From: Candidatus Palauibacter soopunensis
GTDB lineage: Bacteria > Gemmatimonadota > Gemmatimonadetes > Palauibacterales > Palauibacteraceae
NCBI RefSeq assembly: GCF_947581735.1
Contig: NZ_CANPVT010000002.1
Location: 315,511-379,510 of the forward strand
Length of the DNA stretch: 64,000 nt
Direction of reading: 5' to 3'
The notes below the pieces were generated by a model. The model searched no databases and was not told the DNA's origin. It saw nothing but the letters and a program-made list of their open reading frames with translations. Below are positions 38,543 to 48,259 of the stretch, one piece after another; within the stretch, counting starts at the first letter, position 1, and each line of letters opens with the position of its first letter. The position numbers and the translations under genes were made by a program.

Positions 38543-41500
38543 TCAGCTTTCCAGCGCGTGAATCCAGTCGGTGAACACCCGCTCGCCGGCTGGGCGCAGC
38601 CCGGCGTGGCGACCCGATTCGAGGAGCGCTTCGACGAAGGCCTGTGCGTACCCGCGGCTGAAGGCGATCAGGACGGCGTCGTCCCGCCAGGTGACGACTT
38701 GGCAGGGGACATGGAGGACGGGCCCCTGGGTCAGGAATGGGCGCGCGCGCACCGGGTTGAGGAGGTCGAGATCGGTGACGCTCTCCAGTACCTCCTGAAC
38801 GGAGTCTCCGAGCAGCGCGAGCCAGCAGTGCGAGTCGGTCGTGTCCGTGTAATGCGGACTGTCCGGCATGGCCGGGGGTGCGCCCGGTCCGACGTGCCAG
38901 ATCGAGGCTTGGGTCCCGTTCATGCGGTTGATCATCAGCCCGTCGCGGACCTGGACGTCTCCCGGCGTGCGCGGCACGTCGAGGCCGAATGGCTGCACGG
39001 CCCGGATGTTGCGGTGCTGGGCGTCCCAGCGTGTGCGGTGGCTGAGGTCGATGAGGCAGGCCTGGCGCAGGGCGTCGGTGGAGGCGCGGTCGGTTTCGTA
39101 GTCGAGCACCACGTTCCAGCCGGCCCGGCGCTCGGTGCGGGCGGGCGCGGCGTCGAAGCGGACCGGAGACCGGCGATGGGCCGCGGGCGCCGGCTGCGAT
39201 GACGCCTCGCCGGACCGGCGCGGGCGCCCTTCGGGGGCGATCCGCAGGCGCTGCCCCTTCGGATCGTAGAAGTGGGGAGGCACCACGGTGGCGGTCGAAC
39301 GCACGGTCCGCCGGCCCGGCGACTCGTACAGGTCGAGCGAACGGCCCCGCTCCGCCAACCGGTCCTCGACGAGCGCGAGTCCGTACTGCCAGCCCAGCGT
39401 CGCGCTGTGCCGCGTCGTGCAGACGAAGCCGGCGATCCGCTCCCCGTCCACGACGAGCGCCCCGTCCTCGGGCCGGTGGGCGATGTCGCCGTCGTCGATC
39501 CGGAGTCCGACGAGCTTCAGCCGCCCGGCCTGTTCCTCGCAGTGGCGCAGCGCCGCGGCGCCCACCTTGCCGGAGGCCAGGTCTTCGCGGTCCCAGAGCC
39601 AGCCCATGCCGATGTCGAGGAGCGTGACGCGCTGCTCGGACTCCGTCCCGATGATCACGTGTCCCTTCTCGGCCCGCAGGCAGTTCTGCGCTTCCAGCCC
39701 GAACGGCCGGATGCCGTACTCCGCCCCGGCCTCCCACAACAGATCCCACACGTACCGGGCACAGCTCGCGCGCACGTGCAGTTCATAGGACAACTCGCCG
39801 ACGAACCCGAGGCGCAGGCACCGCGCCGCCACGCCGTCTCCCACCTCGATCTCGCGGCAGCCGAGGTACGGGAACGCCTCGTCCGAGAGGTCCGCGCCCG
39901 TGATCTTCTCCAGCACCCGCCGCGCGTTCGGCCCGGCCACGTTGATGGAGGCGAGGGCGTCGGTGAGGTTCACGAGGTTGTAGTCCCACCCGTCGTACCG
40001 CGTGTGGAAACGGAGCCACTCGACCGTGGTCCCCGCCCGGTTCGAACTCGTCGTGAAGTAGAACTCGTCCTCGCCCGTCCGCACGACGACGCCGTCGTCG
40101 ATGATGTTGCCCGTGTCGTTGCACATCGCCGAGTACGCGCAGCGGCCGGGCCGGGCCCGCGTCATGTCGGAGACGTAGGCGCGTTGGAGGGCGCGCAGGG
40201 CGTCGGGTCCCCAGATCCGGAACTTTCCCAGCGGCGAGCTGTCGAGGAGGCCGACGTTCTCGCGCACGTTGCGGATCTCTTCCAGGCACTCCCGATCCTC
40301 GCTGAAGTAGCGCGCCCGCTGCCACGGCCCCGCCCGTCGGAACACGGCGCCCCGCGACGCCTGGTCGTCGTGGAGCGGGGTCCGCTTGTGGATGTCGTGG
40401 TTCGGGCCGGCGAGCGTCGCGAGGGAGGGGGGGATGACCGGCGGGCGCACCGTGGTGGCGGCGAAGCTGCCCACCGGCCGCCCCGCGATCTCGGCCATCG
40501 CCATGGCGAGGTTCTGGCCCGGCACACGGTACTGCCCGGGGCCGAGTCCGAAGTTCCCGAAGCGCTTCGCGAGTTCGGGCACGTCGAAGGCGTAGGCGGC
40601 GCACTGGGCCGCGTTCTTCCACGTGCCGTCCTCGTCGAAATCGAGGAACGCCTTGCGGCCGGGGGCGAGACGCCGTCCGGCGGCGGGTCCGCGGACGATC
40701 GAGGAGCCCCGGGCGGGCCCCGGCAGGTCGGCCAGGCGCGCGCGCTCCCGGGTCAGCGCCCCCGCGACGTCGGTGCCACACGCCGCGGCGGCCTCGAGCC
40801 CGGCGATCCGTCCGGAACCGGTGAGCGCCTCGAGATCGGTGAGCCGAAGAACACCGCCCGCGGCGAACACGTCGGGCGGGAGGCGCTCGAGCTCGAAGGT
40901 CCGGGTGCGTTCGCCGTGGCGGAACCGCGCGCCGGCGCATGAGAGGACCCCGATGTCCGGTTGCCGCCCCGCGCTCGCCACCAGCAGGTCGCACGCCACG
41001 CGCAGCGCGTCGCCCGCCCCGCCACCCCCGGCGCCGCTCCCCGCCCGCGCCGCCACCTCTACGCCCCGCACCCGGCCTCGCCCACGCACCCGGGTCGCGG
41101 CCCATCCCGGCCGGAAGTCGATCCCCGCGGCCGAGAGGGCGTCTACCAGCTCCGGGTCGTGCCCTTCGCGCCGGGCGTCGGCGACGACGCGGATGTCCAC
41201 ACCCAAGGCCGCCAGATCCGCGGCCGCCTCGAGCCCGAGGTCGTCGCCCACGCTGAAGGCGGCGGCCGCGCCCGGCCGGACGCCATAGGTCCGCGCGAGC
41301 CGAATCGCCGTATCGACCTGCATCACGCCCGGACGGTCGTTGTGCTCGAACACGAGCGGCCGCTCGATCGATCCCGTCGCGACCACGATCGTCCGCGCGC
41401 GACACTCCCAATGCACTTCCCGTGGTCCCCGGTCGAACGGCATCGTCGCGGAGCCGCCCGCGGTGGCGCCGCCGGCCGCGCGCTCCGCCCCGCCGTGCTG

Positions 41501-42259
41501 AAAGCCCGTGAGCAGGTTCTCGCCCCAGATCCCTGTGACCGGCGCGTGCCGGACCACGCGGATCGAGTCCGTCCCTTCGACCTGCGTGACGAGTGCCGAT
41601 ACGTCATCGGCCAGCGGGCGACCGTCCCGCACGCGCCAGTCGAGGTGCCCACCGAGCCACGGCCGCCGCTCGAACAGGCACACCCGCAGGCCGCGCCGTC
41701 CGGCCTCGAGCGCCGCCGACAGCCCCGCCGGGCCGCCGCCGACCACCGCCACGTCCGCGTGCAGATAGCGCTCCGCCCGCTCCCCCGCGTCCGCCCGCTC
41801 CGCCGCGTCCAGCCTCAACACGCCCAGGCCGGCCAGCGCCCGCATCCGCTCCTGGAAGAACCGGGCGGCCCACGCGGGCCGGTGGAAGAGCCGGTAGTAG
41901 AAACCCGCCGGCATGAACCGGTCGAGCCGGTCCAGGAAACCGAACGCGTCGAACCGCGGGTCGCCGCGCACGTTCTGCGCTCCGACCTCCATCCCCTCGC
42001 GCAGCGGCGCCGTCCCCGCCGACTGGTTCGGCACGCCGTCGATCGAGACGAGCTGGCTCGACCCTTCCCCCTCCAGGTCGTACAGGCCCCGTGGCCGGTG
42101 ATACTCGAAGCTCCGGCCGAAGGTGCGGATCCCCGCCCCCCAGAGGGCCGAGGCGACCGTGTCTCCCTCGAACCCCTCCAGCGCGCGCCCGCACCAGCGG
42201 AAATCGAGCGGGCGCGAACGGTCGAGGCGCTCCGTCGAAGAGGGCGGCAGCCGGCTCAC
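38543..42259 (-). CDS. soxA: Heterotetrameric sarcosine oxidase alpha subunit (SoxA), continuing in-frame into a ~210-aa gamma-subunit (SoxG)-like region with no intervening stop.
   Basis: N-terminal [2Fe-2S]-like region, VAVVGGGPAGLSAALEA NAD/FAD fold, GcvT-like folate domain, SoxA-like …VVPPHFYDPKG C-terminus, then RRSPV… SoxG-like sequence; 1238 aa in total (typical SoxA ~1000 plus SoxG ~200). Confidence 0.75.
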   Translation of the reverse strand: MSRLPPSSTERLDRSRPLDFRWCGRALEGFEGDTVASALWGAGIRTFGRSFEYHRPRGLYDLEGEGSSQLVSIDGVPNQSAGTAPLREGMEVGAQNVRGDPRFDAFGFLDRLDRFMPAGFYYRLFHRPAWAARFFQERMRALAGLGVLRLDAAERADAGERAERYLHADVAVVGGGPAGLSAALEAGRRGLRVCLFERRPWLGGHLDWRVRDGRPLADDVSALVTQVEGTDSIRVVRHAPVTGIWGENLLTGFQHGGAERAAGGATAGGSATMPFDRGPREVHWECRARTIVVATGSIERPLVFEHNDRPGVMQVDTAIRLARTYGVRPGAAAAFSVGDDLGLEAAADLAALGVDIRVVADARREGHDPELVDALSAAGIDFRPGWAATRVRGRGRVRGVEVAARAGSGAGGGGAGDALRVACDLLVASAGRQPDIGVLSCAGARFRHGERTRTFELERLPPDVFAAGGVLRLTDLEALTGSGRIAGLEAAAACGTDVAGALTRERARLADLPGPARGSSIVRGPAAGRRLAPGRKAFLDFDEDGTWKNAAQCAAYAFDVPELAKRFGNFGLGPGQYRVPGQNLAMAMAEIAGRPVGSFAATTVRPPVIPPSLATLAGPNHDIHKRTPLHDDQASRGAVFRRAGPWQRARYFSEDRECLEEIRNVRENVGLLDSSPLGKFRIWGPDALRALQRAYVSDMTRARPGRCAYSAMCNDTGNIIDDGVVVRTGEDEFYFTTSSNRAGTTVEWLRFHTRYDGWDYNLVNLTDALASINVAGPNARRVLEKITGADLSDEAFPYLGCREIEVGDGVAARCLRLGFVGELSYELHVRASCARYVWDLLWEAGAEYGIRPFGLEAQNCLRAEKGHVIIGTESEQRVTLLDIGMGWLWDREDLASGKVGAAALRHCEEQAGRLKLVGLRIDDGDIAHRPEDGALVVDGERIAGFVCTTRHSATLGWQYGLALVEDRLAERGRSLDLYESPGRRTVRSTATVVPPHFYDPKGQRLRIAPEGRPRRSGEASSQPAPAAHRRSPVRFDAAPARTERRAGWNVVLDYETDRASTDALRQACLIDLSHRTRWDAQHRNIRAVQPFGLDVPRTPGDVQVRDGLMINRMNGTQASIWHVGPGAPPAMPDSPHYTDTTDSHCWLALLGDSVQEVLESVTDLDLLNPVRARPFLTQGPVLHVPCQVVTWRDDAVLIAFSRGYAQAFVEALLESGRHAGLRPAGERVFTDWIHALES

Positions 42260-42591
42260 GACGGATCTCCCCCGCTCGCCTCATTCTCGCCCGCGTCGCC
42301 GCCGCCGGGCCGCGTCTCCCGGTTCGTGGCCGGGTCGCGCCAGGTCGAAAACCAGACGCCGCAGCCGGCCCCGTGGTGCCACCACTCCTCGTGCGGCTCC
42401 AGGCGGTTCATGCGGAACTGCGCCCACCGGAAGTGCGCCTCGGCGGCGGCCCCGGGATCCGATCCGGCCGCCGGATCCGGGTCGGCCGCGGGCTCCGCCT
42501 CCGCCGGCCTCGGCCCCCGCTCCGGTCCCCCGTACGTGAACTCGTACACGTCGCGCTTCCCGCACACCGGGCACGTCAACCGGAACGTCAC
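42256..42591 (-). CDS. soxD: Sarcosine oxidase delta subunit.
   Basis: LTCPVCGKRD zinc-finger-like N-terminus; ~110 aa; ATGA overlaps on both sides. Confidence 0.8.
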   Translation of the reverse strand: MTFRLTCPVCGKRDVYEFTYGGPERGPRPAEAEPAADPDPAAGSDPGAAAEAHFRWAQFRMNRLEPHEEWWHHGAGCGVWFSTWRDPATNRETRPGGGDAGENEASGGDPS

Positions 42592-43900
42592 GGCACCGTC
42601 AGTCCCACTGCCCGTACTTCATGGTCGTGGCCGTCTCCCCCATGTACCGGTTCTCGAGGAAGCGGCGCAGGGCGAACGGGCGCAGGATGTCCGGCGCCTC
42701 CTCGCGCGCCATGAATTCGGCCATGTACCTGCCCGCCACGGGCCCGGACTTGAAGCCGAAGTATCCCCAGCCCACGTCCAGGTAGAGCCCCTCGTGGGCG
42801 AAGTTGCCGTCGAGGATGGGCGCCATGTCCGGCGTCATGTCCGCGAGCCCCGCCCACACGCGCAGAAACCGCACGCCCTTCAGGCACGGCATGAAATCCG
42901 TCAGCGACTCCGCCTGATGCTTGAAGTAGCCCGCCGTGACATCCGTCGTGTAGTTCACCTGCGGGTCCATGTGCGCGCCGGTCGCGATCTCCCCCTTCAG
43001 CGTCTGGTTCGCGTAGACGTGGTACGCCCCGGAACTCACGACGTGGTGCAGGAACGGCTTCAGCGGCTGCGTGACCATCGCCTGGATCGTGAGCGGGTTC
43101 ACGGGCAGTTCGATGTCGAGCATCGCCGCGACCGCCGGCCCGTAGCCGCCCGCCATGATCCCGAGCTTCCGGCACCCGATCGGCCCCGCGCTCGTCCGCA
43201 CGCCCGTCACGCGCCCGCCCTCGGTGTCGATCCCCCGGACCTCGACGCCCTGGTGGATGGCGGCCCCGTGCTGGCTGGCGCCCCGGGCCAGTCCCCACAC
43301 CACCGCGTCGTGCCGCACGACGCCCCCGGGCGGGTGGTACATGCCGGCCTGGATCGGGTGCGCGGGCCGGTCCGACACGTCGAGCGCCGGGACCAGTTCC
43401 TTGCACTGCTGCGGATCCAACAGTTCCGAGCGCACCCCGCAGAAGTTCGCCGTGTTGATGGAGAGCCGGAACGCGGCTACTGCCGCCTCGCTGTGCGCGA
43501 GGTTGACGTTGCCGCAGTTGTGGAACATGAGGTTGAAGTCGAGTTCGTCCGTGAGGATGGGCCACAGCTTCAGGCCCTCGTCATAGAGGGGGACGTTCTC
43601 CTGCGTGCGCTGGTTCGCCCGCACGATCGCGGTGTTTCGCCCGGATCCCCCGAACCCGATGTACTCGCTCTCGAGCACGGCGATGTCCCGGACGCCGTGG
43701 TCTTTCGCGAGATAGTAGGCCGTGGCGAGCCCGTGGATGCCGCCCCCGATGATCACGACGTCGTAGTGGCGGCGTAGCGGCCGCTCCTCCCACAGGCGCC
43801 CGGACCGGAAGACGCCCGCCCCGAGTGCGGATTTCAGTCGCCCCGGCGGGCTGGCAGCCCGAGGGACACGCTCCGCTGCCTTCGAGCGGCGCTGCATCAC
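42588..43900 (-). CDS. soxB: Sarcosine oxidase beta subunit (FAD-dependent); the real start may be internal.
   Basis: YDVVIIGGGIHGLATAYYLAK dinucleotide-binding motif; DAO family. Confidence 0.85.
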
Positions 43901-43909
43901 GCCTGAAGG

Positions 43910-45229
43910 TCAGCCGATGACCGAGTAGGACGAATCCGGGTTCATCGTCCGGAGTCGACTGAAGAATCCGAGATCACAGTCCCGCCTCGTATACTTCATA
44001 TGGAACTGTACCGGATCGACGTCGTGGTCGCGCCCGTCCTCGACCGCCTCTATCAGCTCCGCCATGAGCTGGCCCGCGACCGGCGCGTTCTTGAACTGGT
44101 TCCCGGACGTCCCCACCGCCATATAGAAGCCGGGCAGGTCCGACTTGTCATAGATGGGGATCCAGTCGTCCGACACATCGTAGAGGTCGACGAGTCCCTG
44201 CCGCGCCTCCGGGACCGGGAGTCCCTTCACGCGCTGCGCCTCGCGCAGGACCTGCGTCCTCCACTGATAACTGAACGTATTGTCATAGTCGTCCGGGTCC
44301 TCCACCCACTCCAGATCGTCGCACGGCGGATCCTCGGAACCGATCAGAATGTGATTGCCGACTTCCGGCCGCGAATAACACCCGATGTCGCTGTCCGAAA
44401 TCAGCATCCCCACGACGTTATAGTCGACGCCCTCCGGCGCGGGCACGTGGCACACCTCCTGCTTCAGGGCGCGCGTCTTGATGTTCATCCCCTCCTCAAC
44501 CCCCGCCATGCGGTTGATGACGAAGGAATGGGGACCGCCGACGTTCACGACGACAGGCGCCCGGACTTCGGACCCGTCCTTCAGTCGAACCCCGGCCGCC
44601 CTCCCGTTCTCCCGCAGGATCTCCGTCACCTCCGTGTTGAAGCGGAACTCGCCCCCGTGCGCCTCGCACCCGAGTTGGACGTTGTGGCAGCACAGTTGCG
44701 GGTCGTTGATGTAGCCGGATTCCGGGATATAGAGGGCCCCCGCCACGTTGCCGCCCGAGGGCCGGCCGAACCCCGGATCCTCCTCCGTCACCGGAGGCCC
44801 GAACTGCCGCGTGTCGAGGACGGAGAGCTTCTCCCTCATCCCCTCCGCGTCCAGGTCCTCGTACGCGACGTGGAGTTCGTCGAGACTCTCCTTCACCCGC
44901 TGCAGGTGGTGGTTCTTCTCCGTCTTCGTGACGAGGCAGCCGGTGTTGACGTAGCGCGCGAGCCCGGAGGGATCCGGCACGCCGACGTACTTCCCCCAGT
45001 CGAGCCAGTAGAAGTAGGACTCGCGCGCCATGGCGACGCCGTCCGGGGTCGAATAGTGGAGGCGGATGATGGCGCAGGTGTTCGAGGTCGAGCCGTACCC
45101 GGCGGCGGGGAGCTTGTCGACGTTGAGCGTCCGGAACCCGCGCTTGGCCAGTTCGAATCCGGTGCAGACGCCGATGACGCCGGCTCCGATGATGATCGCG
45201 TCGTAGTCCCTGGCCATCGCCTCGCTCAC
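43910..45229 (-). CDS. FAD-dependent oxidoreductase (DAO family; glycine/D-amino-acid or N-methyl-amino-acid oxidase-like).
   Basis: YDAIIIGAGVIGVCTGFELAKRG Rossmann motif. Confidence 0.75.
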   Translation of the reverse strand: MSEAMARDYDAIIIGAGVIGVCTGFELAKRGFRTLNVDKLPAAGYGSTSNTCAIIRLHYSTPDGVAMARESYFYWLDWGKYVGVPDPSGLARYVNTGCLVTKTEKNHHLQRVKESLDELHVAYEDLDAEGMREKLSVLDTRQFGPPVTEEDPGFGRPSGGNVAGALYIPESGYINDPQLCCHNVQLGCEAHGGEFRFNTEVTEILRENGRAAGVRLKDGSEVRAPVVVNVGGPHSFVINRMAGVEEGMNIKTRALKQEVCHVPAPEGVDYNVVGMLISDSDIGCYSRPEVGNHILIGSEDPPCDDLEWVEDPDDYDNTFSYQWRTQVLREAQRVKGLPVPEARQGLVDLYDVSDDWIPIYDKSDLPGFYMAVGTSGNQFKNAPVAGQLMAELIEAVEDGRDHDVDPVQFHMKYTRRDCDLGFFSRLRTMNPDSSYSVIG

Positions 45230-45233
45230 CGCC

Positions 45234-46682
45234 TCACCCGCCGATGCGTTCGTACACCGCGTGCGATACGCGCTCGTTCCCGTCCGCGTCCGTGCTCCGG
45301 TATTCGTTGTCGATCCGGTTTCCGTCCTCGGACAGGACGTTGATGATGACCTGCGTGACGCGGCCGTCCCGCCGGCTCGTGATCCGGTTCGTATAGCGGT
45401 CCACGACCTCCACCGCCGTCTCGACCCCGTCCCGCCCGGTCACGGGCCGGAATTCGCCGTCGAACATCGTGTCGTAGCTCCACTTCGCCTCGCCGCCGCG
45501 GGTGTTGGTGGACTCGACAGTGATCTTCATCCCGCCGTCCCCCCAGGGTTCATAGGTCATCACGTTGAGAGCCGGGGGCGGCGCGTCGGAGCGCAGCTTC
45601 CACACGCCGTAGCGGGGGTTGGCGCGGTCCGCGGCCGGATCCCCCGGGCTCCCGGGGTTGAACAGGAAGTAGTCGTAGATCGCGCGGGAGATCTGGGCGA
45701 TCGTCGCCTCGCGCGCCGGGACCGGCCGCTCGGAGTCCTTCACGAACACGACCGTGATCACGTGCCCGGCCCCGTCGGGAAGGTAGATGTACCCGACGTC
45801 GTTGGTGGTCCCGCCGATCGTCCCCGTCTTGTGGCCGACCGGGGTGCCGGGCGGCAGCACGCCCTTGATGCGGCCGGTGCCCGTCTGCACTCGCAGCATG
45901 ACGTCCTTGAAGACCTCCGTGTTCTTCGAGCCCAGCGCCTCGCCCGCCCAGGTCATGGCGAGCAGGTGCGCCATCGCGCGGGGCGTCGACGTGTCGCGCG
46001 CATCGGTCGAGAAGGCCTCCCGTGCCGCCCCGCGCTCGTCCGCCGTCACCTCCGCGGCCCGTTCCCGGAACTCCGCCATCGAGATGCGCCCGTCCGCGGG
46101 GGTCTCGACGCCGGAATAATCGCCGATCAGCGACGAGGTCGGACGGTCCACGCTCAGTCCGTCGACGCGCAGTTCCGCCATGCGCGCGTTCACGGCGTCG
46201 GGGCCGCCGGCCGCGGTGAGGGTGAGGTCCGTCGCGCTGTTGTCGGAGATGAGGAGCATCAGTTCGAGCAGGTTCCGGAGGGAGAGCGCCACCCCGGGGT
46301 CGTCGAACAGGTTCGAGATCGTCCCGCTGCCGGGATGGATGTCGGAGGGTTCGAGTTCGACCATGTCCGCCAGCGAGATCTCGCCGCGGTCGACCCGGGA
46401 CAGGAGCTGCACCGCGATCGGAACCTTGTAGGTCGAGGCCATGGGGAAGCGCTCGTCCTCGTTGAACCACACCGCGCGGCCCGTCTCGATGTGGACGGCG
46501 CCGACGCCCACCGTGCCCCCGCTGCCGGGCGCCAGGCGCTCGATCTCCGCCAGAAGACGGCCGAGACCCGGGTCCCCCGCGGGCGTGACGGACTGCGCCG
46601 CGACCGGGACGGCGGCCAGCATCCCGATGGCCAGCGTCGCCGCGGCCAGTCTCGTGAACGAATGTCGTGTCCGGACGCGCAT
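45234..46682 (-). CDS. Class A beta-lactamase homolog with a ~170-aa C-terminal extension, secreted.
   Basis: Signal peptide; STYK (SxxK), SDN, HKTGT (KTG) motifs in class-A order and spacing; an extra domain follows the lactamase fold. Confidence 0.8.
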   Translation of the reverse strand: MRVRTRHSFTRLAAATLAIGMLAAVPVAAQSVTPAGDPGLGRLLAEIERLAPGSGGTVGVGAVHIETGRAVWFNEDERFPMASTYKVPIAVQLLSRVDRGEISLADMVELEPSDIHPGSGTISNLFDDPGVALSLRNLLELMLLISDNSATDLTLTAAGGPDAVNARMAELRVDGLSVDRPTSSLIGDYSGVETPADGRISMAEFRERAAEVTADERGAAREAFSTDARDTSTPRAMAHLLAMTWAGEALGSKNTEVFKDVMLRVQTGTGRIKGVLPPGTPVGHKTGTIGGTTNDVGYIYLPDGAGHVITVVFVKDSERPVPAREATIAQISRAIYDYFLFNPGSPGDPAADRANPRYGVWKLRSDAPPPALNVMTYEPWGDGGMKITVESTNTRGGEAKWSYDTMFDGEFRPVTGRDGVETAVEVVDRYTNRITSRRDGRVTQVIINVLSEDGNRIDNEYRSTDADGNERVSHAVYERIGG

Positions 46683-46833
46683 CGATCATACTCCGTGGTT
46701 CGTTTGAGCCGGGTCCTGCTTCCGCCGGTACGGTAGCCGTTGCGCAACGCGCGGACGAGACCACCGGTGCCGGGTCGCCCCGGCGGCCCCGCCGGTGGCA
46801 TACTCCGCGATCCACGCAGGCAAGAGGGAGACG

Positions 46834-48111
46834 ATGCCGGACGACAATCGCGCGCTGACCCCTGAGGAACGCCGCGCCGTTGAGGCGGTGGACGCGGACC
46901 GGCTCTTCGCGCTTCTGGCCGACTTGATCGCGATCGAGAGCGTCGCGAACCGCGAGACGCCGGCCCAGGAGCGGGTGGCCGAGGAGATGCGGGCCATCGG
47001 CCTCGAGACGGACGTGTGGCAGATCGACTTCGAGCGGCTGCGCCGACACTCCGCCTACACCGCCGACGTGGAGCGTCACGAAGGTCTCGGAGTCGTCGGC
47101 AGCATGGGACGCGGCGAAGGCCGCACGCTGATCCTGAACGGGCACGTCGATGTCGTCCCCGCGGGCGAGGTCGAGCGCTGGACGCACCCGCCGTTCGAAC
47201 TCACGCGTCGCGCCGGTCGCCTGTTCGGGCGCGGGGTCGTGGACATGAAGGGGCAGGTGTGCGGCGCGCTGGCGGCGGCGTGGGCGCTGCGCGACGCGGG
47301 GATCGAACTGGACGGCGCGCTCCAGATACAGAGCGTGATCGGCGAGGAGGACGGCGGGGCTGGGACGCTGGCGACGATCGAGCGCGGGCACACGGGGGAC
47401 GGGGCGATCGTCGTCGAGCCGACGGAGTTCGTCATCGCGCCCGCGCAGGCCGGCGCGCTCAGCTTCCGGCTCACGGTCCCCGGCCTCGCCGCGCACGGGG
47501 CGATGCGGGAAGAGGGCGTGGACCCGGTAGAGAAGTTCATTCCCATCTTCCGGCGACTCCGGGCCCTCGAGGCGGTCCGGAACCGCGACGTGGCCGACCC
47601 GCTGTTCCGCGGGGAAGCGCTGCCGTACGCCCTGACCATGGGACGGCTCCGGGCGGGGATCTGGCCCTCGACCGTGGCCGAGAGCCTCATCGTGGAGGGC
47701 CGCTACGGCGTCGCGCCCGGAGAAGACCTCGCCGGGGCGCAACGCGCGCTGGAGGATGCCGTGACCGAGGCCGCGTCCGGTGACGCCTGGTTGCGCGACC
47801 ACCCGCCCACGGTCGAGTGGATCGGGGCACAGTTCGCCCCCGCCCGCACGGACGCGCGCGACCCTGTGGTCGGCACCCTGGCCGGCGCCGTGCGGTCACT
47901 CGGCGGCACGGAACCCCGCGTCGGGGGCGTGCGCTACGGCGCGGACATGCGGCTCCTCGTCAACCACGGCCACGTGCCCACCGTGCTCTTCGGCCCCGGC
48001 GACGTCCGCGAGGCCCACCGCCCCGACGAGAGCATCCGGGCCGCCGACCTGGTCGAACTGGCCCGCATCCTCGCCGTCACCGCCATCCGCTTCTGCGGCA
48101 TCCGGGGCTGA
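46834..48111 (+). CDS. M20 family metallopeptidase (ArgE/DapE/succinyl-diaminopimelate desuccinylase-like).
   Basis: RBS agggag; HVDVVP, GRGVVDMKG, EEDGG metal-binding motifs. Confidence 0.8.
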   Translation: MPDDNRALTPEERRAVEAVDADRLFALLADLIAIESVANRETPAQERVAEEMRAIGLETDVWQIDFERLRRHSAYTADVERHEGLGVVGSMGRGEGRTLILNGHVDVVPAGEVERWTHPPFELTRRAGRLFGRGVVDMKGQVCGALAAAWALRDAGIELDGALQIQSVIGEEDGGAGTLATIERGHTGDGAIVVEPTEFVIAPAQAGALSFRLTVPGLAAHGAMREEGVDPVEKFIPIFRRLRALEAVRNRDVADPLFRGEALPYALTMGRLRAGIWPSTVAESLIVEGRYGVAPGEDLAGAQRALEDAVTEAASGDAWLRDHPPTVEWIGAQFAPARTDARDPVVGTLAGAVRSLGGTEPRVGGVRYGADMRLLVNHGHVPTVLFGPGDVREAHRPDESIRAADLVELARILAVTAIRFCGIRG

Positions 48112-48259
48112 ACCCGAGTCCATGGCGTTGCCGACCGTGTCTCGGGGGCGTGGGCCATCCGCTCATGCCTTGCGCTCAAACCCTCGCAATTAAAGGTTGG
48201 GGCATGTTTTTTTATTAGCGGCGCACGCTATTCAAATCACTTAACCAGGCGCTGTCCCC

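Noticed and set aside
46684-46812. Two copies of CATACTCCG about 110 bp apart in the divergent bla-homolog / M20 peptidase intergenic region.
   Set aside because: Only 9 bp. A match of this length is plausible by chance in a 64-kb window, and no supporting symmetry or phasing was seen.
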